Positions 9,107 through 17,600 of a DNA stretch of 42,553 nt are shown here, in pieces. This DNA comes from Candidatus Zixiibacteriota bacterium. GTDB taxonomy: Bacteria; RBG-13-66-14; B26-G2; WVWN01. Numbering within the stretch: the stretch's first letter is position 1; every line of letters begins with the position of its first letter. The notes beneath the pieces are model-generated. The model saw only the letters and a list, made by a program, of their open reading frames with translations, was not told the origin of the DNA and made no database searches. A program made the translations under genes and the position numbers. The DNA lies in contig JASFLY010000024.1 of the NCBI GenBank assembly GCA_050117845.1, forward strand, positions 1 through 42,553. Reading direction: 5' to 3'.

Positions 9107-9538
9107 ACCCCTCCGTTACTCGGCGGTCCGCGCGGAACACTACGTCCCCGGCGGACGTTCAACGGTTAAGCAAGTTCTCGGCCGGCGTTCGCCACGCCTC
9201 GATAACCTCCCATAACCCAACGAGGTTTTAACCCTGCCAATTAAAGGATAACAATATATTACGTATCACAAAATTATTTATATGTCAACGGGAAACTGAA
9301 GCCGATATTTATTTGTTATAAAAATACACGGTATATAAAATAGCTCCTAAAAAACTTATATAAATATCCACCGTTTCCGTTTCGAAGTTAAGGGTGTTTT
9401 GCTTACGATATTAAAGGGCACCCCCTACGTTGCCCCATTTCCTCGACCGCGTTTTCACGCGGTTTTCATTTCGATACGGCTGCCGCCGCCGGGCCGTCAC
9501 GTTCGCGCGTTAACTCGACGGCGGATACAAGCAGCCCC

Positions 9539-9567
9539 TTGACAACCTCCTTCTCAATCGTTAAACT
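9539..9567 (+). promoter_or_regulatory. sigma70 promoter
   Basis: TTGACA-17 nt-TAAACT; same flanks as 17422-17450. Confidence 0.7.
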
Positions 9568-9649
9568 GCGCTTGGCGCTAACCAAGTTACGCGGCCTATA
9601 GGATTATTCCCCTATACACGGGGGCGTAATTTACGGAGGAGGTCCGGAT

Positions 9650-10603
9650 ATGAAGGGGGTAATAATAGCCGCGACGTTGGCGGCGGCCTGGGCCGGGGGG
9701 ACTCACGGCGCGTGGGTTTATGAGGGCGAGTGGGGCACGGCCGGCACCGGCGACGGCCAATTCAACATCCCTACCGGCATCGGCGTCGCGCCAAACGGCA
9801 ACGTGTACGTCGCCGACAACAGAAACGACCGGGTTCAGTATTTCACGCCGACCGGATCCTTCCTGGGGAAATGGGGCACGTACGGCACCGGCGAAGGCCA
9901 GTTCTGGGAAGCGGCAGACGTGGCTATCGCCGGCGAAACGGTTTACGTACTGGACCACCTGAACTGCCGGGTACAGTATTTCACGATTAGCGGATCATAC
10001 CTCGGGAGATGGGGTTCCAGCGGAACGGGCGCCGGCCAGTTCCGGAGTTTGGGCCGGGTCGCCATCGCCCCGAACGGCAACGTATACGTTACCGATTGGG
10101 TCCTTGACCGCGTCCAGTACTTCACCCCCGCCGGGTCCTTCCTCGGCCTGTGGGGTTACGAAGGGTCCGGCAACGGCGAATTCAATCTCCCATACGGGAT
10201 AGGGGTCTCGCACGGAGGCGGCGTTTACGTCGCCGACAGCCGGAACTACCGCGTACAGAAATTTTCGCCGATAGGCAATTACGGCCTTCAATGGGGCAAC
10301 CCCGGCGTCTTCAACTACCCTATAGGTTTGGCCGTAGCCCCGTGGGGCGACGTTTACGTCGCGGAGACCTACTACAACCACCGCATCCACTACTTCACCG
10401 GCAGCGGGAGCTTCCTGGGCAGATGGGGGAGCGAGGGTAGCGGCCCCGGCCAATTCGACCGCCCCGCCGACGTCGCCTTTTCGCCGTCCGGCGACCGCCT
10501 CTACGTCGTGGAACTTCTGAACAACCGCGTTCAGTACTTCCGCGAAGGCGAACCCGCCGTCGAACCGACGTCGATGGGAAAGGTGAAGGCGGTGTTTAAA
10601 TAA
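9650..10603 (+). CDS. secreted NHL-repeat six-bladed beta-propeller with conserved C-terminal tail
   Basis: Signal peptide; six repeats WG..G.G.GQF..P.GIAVAP.G.VYVAD..N.RVQYF; ends EPAVEPTSMGKVKAVFK. Confidence 0.9.
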   Translation: MKGVIIAATLAAAWAGGTHGAWVYEGEWGTAGTGDGQFNIPTGIGVAPNGNVYVADNRNDRVQYFTPTGSFLGKWGTYGTGEGQFWEAADVAIAGETVYVLDHLNCRVQYFTISGSYLGRWGSSGTGAGQFRSLGRVAIAPNGNVYVTDWVLDRVQYFTPAGSFLGLWGYEGSGNGEFNLPYGIGVSHGGGVYVADSRNYRVQKFSPIGNYGLQWGNPGVFNYPIGLAVAPWGDVYVAETYYNHRIHYFTGSGSFLGRWGSEGSGPGQFDRPADVAFSPSGDRLYVVELLNNRVQYFREGEPAVEPTSMGKVKAVFK

Positions 10604-10705
10604 ACAAGGCGACTCCGGAAAAACTGACGGGCCTTGTCAGGGGGTAAACGTATAATTAGGTTGGGTTGAGGTAGGAAATTGGAGGGAGTACCACGTTAAG
10701 ATAAC

Positions 10706-10746
10706 AGCGGCCTGTCCCTGGTTAATTCCGGGGTTGGCCGCTTTTT
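10706..10746 (+). terminator. intrinsic terminator
   Basis: AGCGGCC...GGCCGCT hairpin + TTTT. Confidence 0.65.
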
Positions 10747-10794
10747 AACAATCCAACGTAAGGCGCGAGATTTCCTAATACGGGAGGAAAGGAT

Positions 10795-11100
10795 ATGAAC
10801 GAGGAACAACGTAAAACGGCTTTCGTCTTCGGGGCGGAAGGGGACGAAATAGTGGAGCAGTTCCGGAGCCTGGTGGAATTGGCGCGTTGGAGTCTCGTCG
10901 TATTATTGGCGGTATACTCCTTCATCATACCGATTTTCGGCATCATTTTCGGGCTAATCCTGATGAAGTTCGCGGCAGTGCCCAAGAACCGGGGCTTAGG
11001 GAAACTGTGTCTGATACTCGGTATCGTCGCCATCGTTCTCGTCGTCGCTTGCTGGATAATCTCGTTCGTCGTCGGCATGGCCGGCAGCCTCCTGCAATAG
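10795..11100 (+). CDS. small two-TM membrane protein (DUF4190-like)
   Basis: GGAGGAAAGG RBS; two hydrophobic segments (IPIFGIIFGLI..., LGKLCLILGIV...). Confidence 0.65.
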   Translation: MNEEQRKTAFVFGAEGDEIVEQFRSLVELARWSLVVLLAVYSFIIPIFGIIFGLILMKFAAVPKNRGLGKLCLILGIVAIVLVVACWIISFVVGMAGSLLQ

Positions 11101-11387
11101 GAGGCCTTGAGGAAGACGAACTTGTCCGGTCGGCGCGAGTGATCACGGCCGGCCCGAGGGCGTATTCGGCGACGGCCGGGAAAACGGATTTTCCCTAAAC
11201 CGCGCCGAGACGCGCGTTACGCCCGGCCCTTGGCACCCCCCACCGGTTAAACGTAGCCCCGCTTCGGCTCGAAAACCTTTAAGAAGCCCTTAAAAAAAGC
11301 GGTTGCACCCTAAATACGGTGGAACCGCTTACGGCTTTTTAGCGCCTAAACGATTACCGGGACTCTTGAATCCCGACCGGCTATCCC

Positions 11388-12734
11388 CTACATCCCGATA
11401 GAGTACAGCTCGGCGCACTCCCGCGTCTCGGCCGGGATATCGCCCCGGGCCATCTCCGCGGCCACGTCGGCGATGACGTTGACCGCCCGGTCCGCTTCCT
11501 CTTCTCTCAGCGTCAGGGGCGGTTGAACGCGTACGACGTCGTTGTGAATGCCGAAGAAGCCCACGTAAAGGCCTTTCTCCACAGCCCGCCGGGCGAAGAG
11601 GACCGCGGCCCCGTCGGCGCCGCCGTAGTTGACCTCCAGGCCCATAATGAAGCCGCGGCCCCGTACTTCCCGTACGACATCGCCGAAGTTCCCTTTGATT
11701 TCCTCGAAACGCTTTTTCATTTTGCGGCCCAGTTCGGCCGCGTGTTCAATCAAACCCCGGTACTCGATTATATCTATAGTCTTCGCCGCCACGGCCGCGG
11801 AGGGGGGATGCCCCACGAAAGAGAATATCCGCTGACCAGGCTCCAGCGCGTCGATAATCTCGGGCTTGCCCACCGCCACCGATATCGGCGCGTACCCGGC
11901 GGCCAGGCCTTTGGCGACGAGGTAGATATCCGGCTCGACGCCCTCGTACTCCACCGCCCACCAGCGGCCGCTCCGCCCCATGCCCGTCTGCACCTCGTCC
12001 ACCACGAGCACGGCGTCCCGGCCCGTTACCGTCTCCCGCAAGCTACGGAAGAAGCCGACCGCGGGTTGGCGCACGCCGGCGTCGCCCTGAATCGGTTCTA
12101 TCAGGACCGAGCCGTACTCCCCCGACAACAACTCATCTATCTCGCTCAGGACGCGGTCCCGGCCTATATCCGTGGTCGGGTAATCCAACTTGACGAATTC
12201 CCGGTTGTCCGGGTCGTAGATGCCGGCGCTGTGGCGGCCGAAACCGGACGCGGGTTGTGAAAAGCCGGTTGAGCCGTGATAGCTATATTTAAAGGAAATC
12301 GTACCCCTCTTGCCGGTATACTTTCGCGCGGCGGCCACCGCCGAGTCGCAGGCGTCGGACCCCGTTAGGCCGAAGATAACTTTCTTGGGGGAAGAACCCG
12401 GGGAGATGTCGATGACCTTGGCGGCCAACTCCAGCGCGTTCACGTTCGGGGAATAACCGAAGGCCGTATGCTGGATCCTGGCGGCCTGCCGGCGGTAGAC
12501 TTCCTCCAGGCCCGAGCTGTAGCCCAGCAGGTTGGTCGACGCGGCGCTGAAGCAATCCAGGTATTCGTTGCCGTCGGCATCTATCAGTTTATTGCCCCGG
12601 CCTTCGGAGAGGGTAATGCCGAAGAGGCCGGTGTAGTTCGACCGGCCTATGACCTCCCGCAGCTCGGCCAGGACCTTCCGGGACGCCGGCCCCGGCGCCG
12701 CTTCGCGTTCGTCGATCTCTTCATCATTTCCGAT
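11388..12734 (-). CDS. class III PLP-dependent aminotransferase (GabT/ArgD-like); start codon non-canonical or frameshifted
   Basis: EPIQGDAG, DEVQTGMGRSG, AKGLAAG (PLP lysine); the frame stays open upstream of 12443 and encodes PGPASRK...GRGNKLIDADGNEYLD. Confidence 0.85.
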   Translation of the reverse strand: MGNDEEIDEREAAPGPASRKVLAELREVIGRSNYTGLFGITLSEGRGNKLIDADGNEYLDCFSAASTNLLGYSSGLEEVYRRQAARIQHTAFGYSPNVNALELAAKVIDISPGSSPKKVIFGLTGSDACDSAVAAARKYTGKRGTISFKYSYHGSTGFSQPASGFGRHSAGIYDPDNREFVKLDYPTTDIGRDRVLSEIDELLSGEYGSVLIEPIQGDAGVRQPAVGFFRSLRETVTGRDAVLVVDEVQTGMGRSGRWWAVEYEGVEPDIYLVAKGLAAGYAPISVAVGKPEIIDALEPGQRIFSFVGHPPSAAVAAKTIDIIEYRGLIEHAAELGRKMKKRFEEIKGNFGDVVREVRGRGFIMGLEVNYGGADGAAVLFARRAVEKGLYVGFFGIHNDVVRVQPPLTLREEEADRAVNVIADVAAEMARGDIPAETRECAELYSIGM

Positions 12735-12748
12735 TTTACCAACCCCTA

Positions 12749-13831
12749 TTAATTAAAAACGGGCTCTACGCCCCAACGCTCGAACAAACCTTCGCAATGG
12801 CCGCCGGCGTCCATTACGGCCAGCTGGCCCGGTTCGGCCCGCACGACGTCGAGGTCCTTGGACTCTACGTGATAGCGGCCGCCAGCCCACAATTCCCTGA
12901 TCCACTCGTTTATCTTTTCGACGTCGTACCACCGGCTGTTGTAACCGGCGTGGGTTTCGATACGGCCGGTGCGGACGGCCTCCGCTACCGCCTCCGGGTC
13001 CCGCCGCAGAACGAACTCCTCCTTGATCTTCTTCCGGTCCTGGTTATAGACCTCGGCCACGACGGTATCGTCCTCGCTGTACGCCCGTTTATAGCTGTGC
13101 GACTCCAGGACGTAATCATCCCCGGCGTAGGTGTCCGGGACGAGCCACACCGGTTGACCCGAGACGGTGAGCGTGCTCTCGTATTGCCCCAGGCCGTAAC
13201 AGGGGAAGTAGCGTTTACGGTAACACGATATCAAGGCGACGCCGCCGGCGTCCGCGGTAATGTTGCGCATGGCCTCGAAGAGCCGGACGGCCCCGGCCTC
13301 GCCCTGCATAACGCCGATGGAGTTGATGAGACAGACGGCTACCGGTATGTAATCCCGGCCGTTATAATCGGCGTCGAACGCCGAGCCTTGCTTCAACGTG
13401 AACTCCACGTCCGACGTTTCGTCGATACAGTATTCGTCGACCTTGGCCTCGGCCAGGTTTATCATCTTCTGCGAGAAATCGACGCCCTCGACCTCCTTCA
13501 GGCCGTCGTCGAGGACCGGGTCGTACTCAAGTTCGGGCTTGTGCTTTTTCAACTCGGATATGGGATGGTCGTCCGGCAACCCCCGTATACTCGTGGTCTT
13601 GGCACCGTAACGAATGTGCAGGCGGCCGGAACCGCAGCCCAGGTCGAAAAGCTTGATGGGACGGTCGGTCCGATCCGCTATGTGGCGCAACAGCGCGTCG
13701 AGGAGGTTCTCCTCGAAGTCCTCCATGAGCGCGATGTCGGGGTGGCCGCGGACAACCTTCTCCTCGTAAACCTCGGCGCACGAATCCCAGACCTCTTTAT
13801 CGTCATTGTACCTTTGTATTAGCGGTTCCAT
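12749..13831 (-). CDS. class I SAM-dependent methyltransferase-like protein
   Basis: LFDLGCGSGR motif I; GVDFSQKMI motif. Confidence 0.75.
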   Translation of the reverse strand: MEPLIQRYNDDKEVWDSCAEVYEEKVVRGHPDIALMEDFEENLLDALLRHIADRTDRPIKLFDLGCGSGRLHIRYGAKTTSIRGLPDDHPISELKKHKPELEYDPVLDDGLKEVEGVDFSQKMINLAEAKVDEYCIDETSDVEFTLKQGSAFDADYNGRDYIPVAVCLINSIGVMQGEAGAVRLFEAMRNITADAGGVALISCYRKRYFPCYGLGQYESTLTVSGQPVWLVPDTYAGDDYVLESHSYKRAYSEDDTVVAEVYNQDRKKIKEEFVLRRDPEAVAEAVRTGRIETHAGYNSRWYDVEKINEWIRELWAGGRYHVESKDLDVVRAEPGQLAVMDAGGHCEGLFERWGVEPVFN

Positions 13832-13884
13832 ATCATCACCTTTTTAGGTTTCCTTCATTATATTAATAACCGGGCCGTGGGGCG

Positions 13885-15378
13885 TTACGCCGGCCGGCGC
13901 GCATTCGCGCGGCGCTCGCGGTCGAAGAAGAAATGCAGTACGGCGAAGACTACGCACGAGACGCTCACGCCGAAGACCGACGTGTCGAACGTCTCCATGA
14001 AGCCGTAAACCCCGGCGCTGAAGATTTGTACGCCCCAATCGCAATAGGCCATCAGCGCCAGGCGGTAGGCCAACGCCGCGACCGTCGAGACGACCATCGT
14101 GATGAACATGTTGCGGGTCAAAGACGGCGACCTGTATTTGGAAAGGGCCCCGAAAGTTATGGGCAAGATCATGGCCGGCGCCCATATGTTGTAGGTCAAC
14201 ATCAACAGGCCGATGATATCCGACCACAAGACGGCGATGGCGATGGCCGTCACGCCGATGCCCACCGAGCATGTCCGCGCGAGGCGCAGCGTCTTCTTCT
14301 CGTCCCCGGCCTTCCGGCGGAAGAGGTGCTCGAACATGTCCTTGACGAATATCGCCGTCGCGGAGTTGAGAATGGAGTCGGCCGACGACATGACCGCCAT
14401 AAGCATCGCGCCGATTATCATCGCCGCCACGACCGGGTGATTCAGGTGCTTGACCACGTGGGCCAGGGCCTCGTTCGGGGCGATACCGGGGAAGTTGACG
14501 CGCGCGTAAAGCGCGACGAAGAAGATAATCGCCGGGAATACCAGCGCCAGGAAGATCCCCGCGCCGGCTATGCCGAACTTGGTCTGGCGAACGTCCTTAC
14601 CGGCGCAGTAGCGCGTGGAGTAAGCCGGCGAATACTCCTCGCCCAGAATGAACGCCAGGAAGGTGGTTATCAAAAACAGCCAGCCCTTTCCGCCCTCTAT
14701 TTTCAGAAAGTCGGCCGGGACTACCTCCGCGACGTGGCCCCAGTTGGCCACCAGGTCGGGGACACAGAGCGCCAACGTAACGACGAAGCCGCCGAGTAGT
14801 ATTATAAACTGATAGAAATCGGTATTGATGACGGCCAGGAGGCCGCCGGCGGTGCTGTAGATAACCACCAGCGCGCCGCCGACCAGTATCGCCGTTCGGA
14901 GGAGGTTGGCGGAACCGGCAAGGTCGGGCATAATCGCGGCCAGGACGCTGCCGAAGGCCGCCATCTGCGCCGCGAGGACGAAGACCGAGAACAACAGCGA
15001 GAGGATGAACGCCACGAAACGGGGTTTTTCACCGTATCGATGGCCCACGTAACCCGCGACGGTATAGAGTTTATTTTCGCGGAATTTGGGCGCGACGTAA
15101 AGGCCCGAGAAGATGAAGCCGAGGTACCAGCCGGTGGAGACCACCAGCATAAGGACGCCCCACTCGTACGTTTTCGCGACCGCGCCGATGGACGCGCCGC
15201 CGCCGATAACGCTGGCGCCCAGCGTGGCGAACAAAAAAAGCCAACCGGTTTTACGGCCCGCAACTAAAAAGTCATCGGAATCGCCGACTTTGCGAGCCTT
15301 TAGTACCCCTTTCGTGAAAATAAAACCGATATAAGCGACGATTATAGACCAAAATATCCAATTTCCTTGGGTAATCAT
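13885..15378 (-). CDS. sodium:solute symporter (SSS family)
   Basis: DFLVAGR, GGLLAVINTDFYQ, AVMSSADS motifs; about 13 TM segments. Confidence 0.9.
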   Translation of the reverse strand: MITQGNWIFWSIIVAYIGFIFTKGVLKARKVGDSDDFLVAGRKTGWLFLFATLGASVIGGGASIGAVAKTYEWGVLMLVVSTGWYLGFIFSGLYVAPKFRENKLYTVAGYVGHRYGEKPRFVAFILSLLFSVFVLAAQMAAFGSVLAAIMPDLAGSANLLRTAILVGGALVVIYSTAGGLLAVINTDFYQFIILLGGFVVTLALCVPDLVANWGHVAEVVPADFLKIEGGKGWLFLITTFLAFILGEEYSPAYSTRYCAGKDVRQTKFGIAGAGIFLALVFPAIIFFVALYARVNFPGIAPNEALAHVVKHLNHPVVAAMIIGAMLMAVMSSADSILNSATAIFVKDMFEHLFRRKAGDEKKTLRLARTCSVGIGVTAIAIAVLWSDIIGLLMLTYNIWAPAMILPITFGALSKYRSPSLTRNMFITMVVSTVAALAYRLALMAYCDWGVQIFSAGVYGFMETFDTSVFGVSVSCVVFAVLHFFFDRERRANARRPA

Positions 15379-15691
15379 GGGGCTCCGATACGATGAGACG
15401 TGTCATGAGTAATCTCCCTACCCTAACATACAATCCGGAATAAATCAAATCGGCCCCGAAACGCCCCACCCCTTGACAAACACCCCCGAAACCGTTAACG
15501 CATACTTAACGTCGAGCCGAGACGGAGGAATTTGCAAACGCCGCGTACGCAGAAGGCCGCCCTCGCGGGCGGCCCGGGTTTTTCCTCGAGAATTCGCGGT
15601 TCTTAGCGGTAAGCGCGGCGTAAGCCGGGGGAACGCGATACGGTATTCACATTAAAACGGCCGGCACGGCGGCCCGGCCCCGGAGCCGGCC

Positions 15692-17062
15692 CTAGCTCGT
15701 TTCCAGCGTGGGAGTGACGAGTTTGGGGAAGAAGAACTGCTTGCGGTCGTTTATAAATAAAGACGCGAGGGGGGATTTTAAATCGCGCCACAGGGAGGCC
15801 GGCTTCCTGCGCCGGAGCCCTCCCAATAGGACCTTGGTGAAAACCTTGCCGTAAATCTCGGCGGGCTTATTAAGTAAATTTATAACGTTCGTTAAAAGCG
15901 CCTGCATCTCGTCCGGGGAAATGTGCGGGTGGTTCCACACCAGGTGCTTTAATTTATAGTGGCAATAGTCCCGGTCGAATATGCCGTAATTCGCCTCCAG
16001 GTCCTCACTCAACGGCGTTTTGGGGAAAGGCGTTATAACGCTGACGCCGCAGGTATCGAAATCCAACTGACGGAGTCGGGCCGCGTCCTGAATCGTATCC
16101 TCGGCCGTCATGTGGGCGTAGCCGATTATATAAAAGGCGAACCTGAACATCCCCGGTTTCTCCCCGGTACGGCGGGCGAACTCCACGATATCCTCGACGT
16201 CCTGCTTTTTGTTTATGGAATCGAGGGTATTCTGGGACATCGACTCCACGCCGACGGCCGGAATACGTAGGCCCCGCTCGTACCACTCGTCCAAATAGCG
16301 GAGGAAGAAACTCGTGCGCGTCTGGGCCCACCAGTGGAAATCGTACCGGGCGAAAAGGTGGGTGAGTTCGTCGGTAAACCGGGGATCGGCGCCCATGAGT
16401 TCGTCCAGGGGGAAGAGATATTTAATCCCAATCTTGCGGTAGTAGCGCAGGACCCGTTCTATTCGGTCGAGGTTGAGTTTGTAACGCCGTTTATCGAACG
16501 CCGGCGTTTGGCAGAACGCGCACTTGAACGGGCAGCCGCGCTGCGTATAGAGCAGGCCGAGGGTGAGGTGGCGTATGCTCCCGGGGTGGAGCGTAACGTG
16601 AGCCGTCATCGCCGGGTGCTCTATTTCGTCGTCGGGGATGCGGTAGCCGAAGAGCTGCGCTATCTCGTCTTCGCCCGGGCCGAGGACGACGCGGTCCACG
16701 ATGCTCCCGACCTTCTCGTCCAGCGCGCCGAAGTTGCCGGCCCACGTCTCGGCGACGCCATGGCGGCGAGCCTCCTCTGCCATCCGCTCGATGTCGTCTA
16801 TCTCGTACTGGTAGAAACTGAACCCTACTATGTCCCACCCTTCCTTCAACTTGGCGACGTACTCGTGCCACCGGGGATACTCCAGAATCTCTACCTCCGG
16901 GACGTTCTGCTTGATGAAACGCAGGCCCGGGCTCACCCGGCACGGCAAGCTCAGCTTGGGAATGCCGCGGGTGGATCCGCCCAGGAAATCCAAATAGTCG
17001 TTGGCCGAACGTCTGAACTTGGTGGTTAACAGTACCCGGGGGTTAGTCGAAAACGCTGCCAT
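15692..17062 (-). CDS. radical SAM protein with B12-binding-like N-terminal region
   Basis: TQRGCPFKCAFC (CxxxCxxC), GVES and TPFPKTPL motifs; likely start ATG at 17062 after GAAGGGA. Confidence 0.85.
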   Translation of the reverse strand: MAAFSTNPRVLLTTKFRRSANDYLDFLGGSTRGIPKLSLPCRVSPGLRFIKQNVPEVEILEYPRWHEYVAKLKEGWDIVGFSFYQYEIDDIERMAEEARRHGVAETWAGNFGALDEKVGSIVDRVVLGPGEDEIAQLFGYRIPDDEIEHPAMTAHVTLHPGSIRHLTLGLLYTQRGCPFKCAFCQTPAFDKRRYKLNLDRIERVLRYYRKIGIKYLFPLDELMGADPRFTDELTHLFARYDFHWWAQTRTSFFLRYLDEWYERGLRIPAVGVESMSQNTLDSINKKQDVEDIVEFARRTGEKPGMFRFAFYIIGYAHMTAEDTIQDAARLRQLDFDTCGVSVITPFPKTPLSEDLEANYGIFDRDYCHYKLKHLVWNHPHISPDEMQALLTNVINLLNKPAEIYGKVFTKVLLGGLRRRKPASLWRDLKSPLASLFINDRKQFFFPKLVTPTLETS

Positions 17063-17165
17063 TAAATCCCTTCGTGTCCCCACGGCCGGCCGCGGCCTAG
17101 GCGAAAACTTAGAACTACGGGGCGGAGGATAACACTCGAGCCGGTGAAAGAGAGGGACGTTGTAT

Positions 17166-17205
17166 AAAAACCAAACGCCCGGTCGCGGTACGCGTTACCC
17201 GGGCG
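17166..17205 (-). terminator. intrinsic terminator within leader of the radical SAM gene
   Basis: Minus strand CGCCCGG...CCGGGCG followed by TTTGGTTTTT. Confidence 0.5.
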
Positions 17206-17319
17206 ACTTATTTACAATGGAGTTGAAAGGCGGACTTCGCCTTCCTCCAACGGGCTTTGTGGAACGGGGTCCATATTTAGGCTCATTAATACCGGAAACT
17301 CGATCCACAAACTCCACTG

Positions 17320-17348
17320 AAACTACGAAATTTAGCAATATTTGTCAA
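17320..17348 (-). promoter_or_regulatory. probable sigma70 promoter for the radical SAM gene
   Basis: Minus strand TTGACA-17 nt-TAGTTT. Confidence 0.5.
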
Positions 17349-17421
17349 GTTATTTTACCTCAAAAAACGGCGCGGAAGCCGGTTCCGCCTCCGCGCGGCC
17401 GCGAGGCGTACTCCCGCACCC

Positions 17422-17450
17422 TTGACAACGCCCCCCTAAATCGTTAAACT
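17422..17450 (+). promoter_or_regulatory. tRNA promoter
   Basis: TTGACA-17 nt-TAAACT, GC-rich discriminator. Confidence 0.75.
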
Positions 17451-17464
17451 ATGCCCCGCCTCGC

Positions 17465-17550
17465 GCCGAGGTGGCGGAACTGGCAGACGCAGCGGACTTA
17501 AAATCCGCTGACCCTTCAGGGTCGTGCGGGTTCGAGCCCCGCCCTCGGCA
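17465..17550 (+). tRNA. tRNA-Leu (anticodon TAA)
   Basis: Acceptor GCCGAGG/CCTCGGC + A; anticodon arm GCGGA-CTTAAAA-TCCGC; long variable arm; T arm GCGGG-TTCGAGC-CCCGC; CCA not encoded. Confidence 0.95.
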
Positions 17551-17557
17551 GATTAAC

Positions 17558-17583
17558 AAGGGAGCCCGCCGGCTCCCTTTGTT
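17558..17583 (+). terminator. terminator after tRNA
   Basis: AAGGGAGCC-CGCC-GGCTCCCTT-TGTT. Confidence 0.7.
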
Positions 17584-17600
17584 CGCCTTAAGCTTCCGCC

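Noticed and set aside
17465..17550. tRNA-Leu as an island attachment site, or bldA-like TTA control
   Set aside because: No integrase or duplicated tRNA 3' end seen; TTA codons occur in many genes here, so restricted usage is not supported
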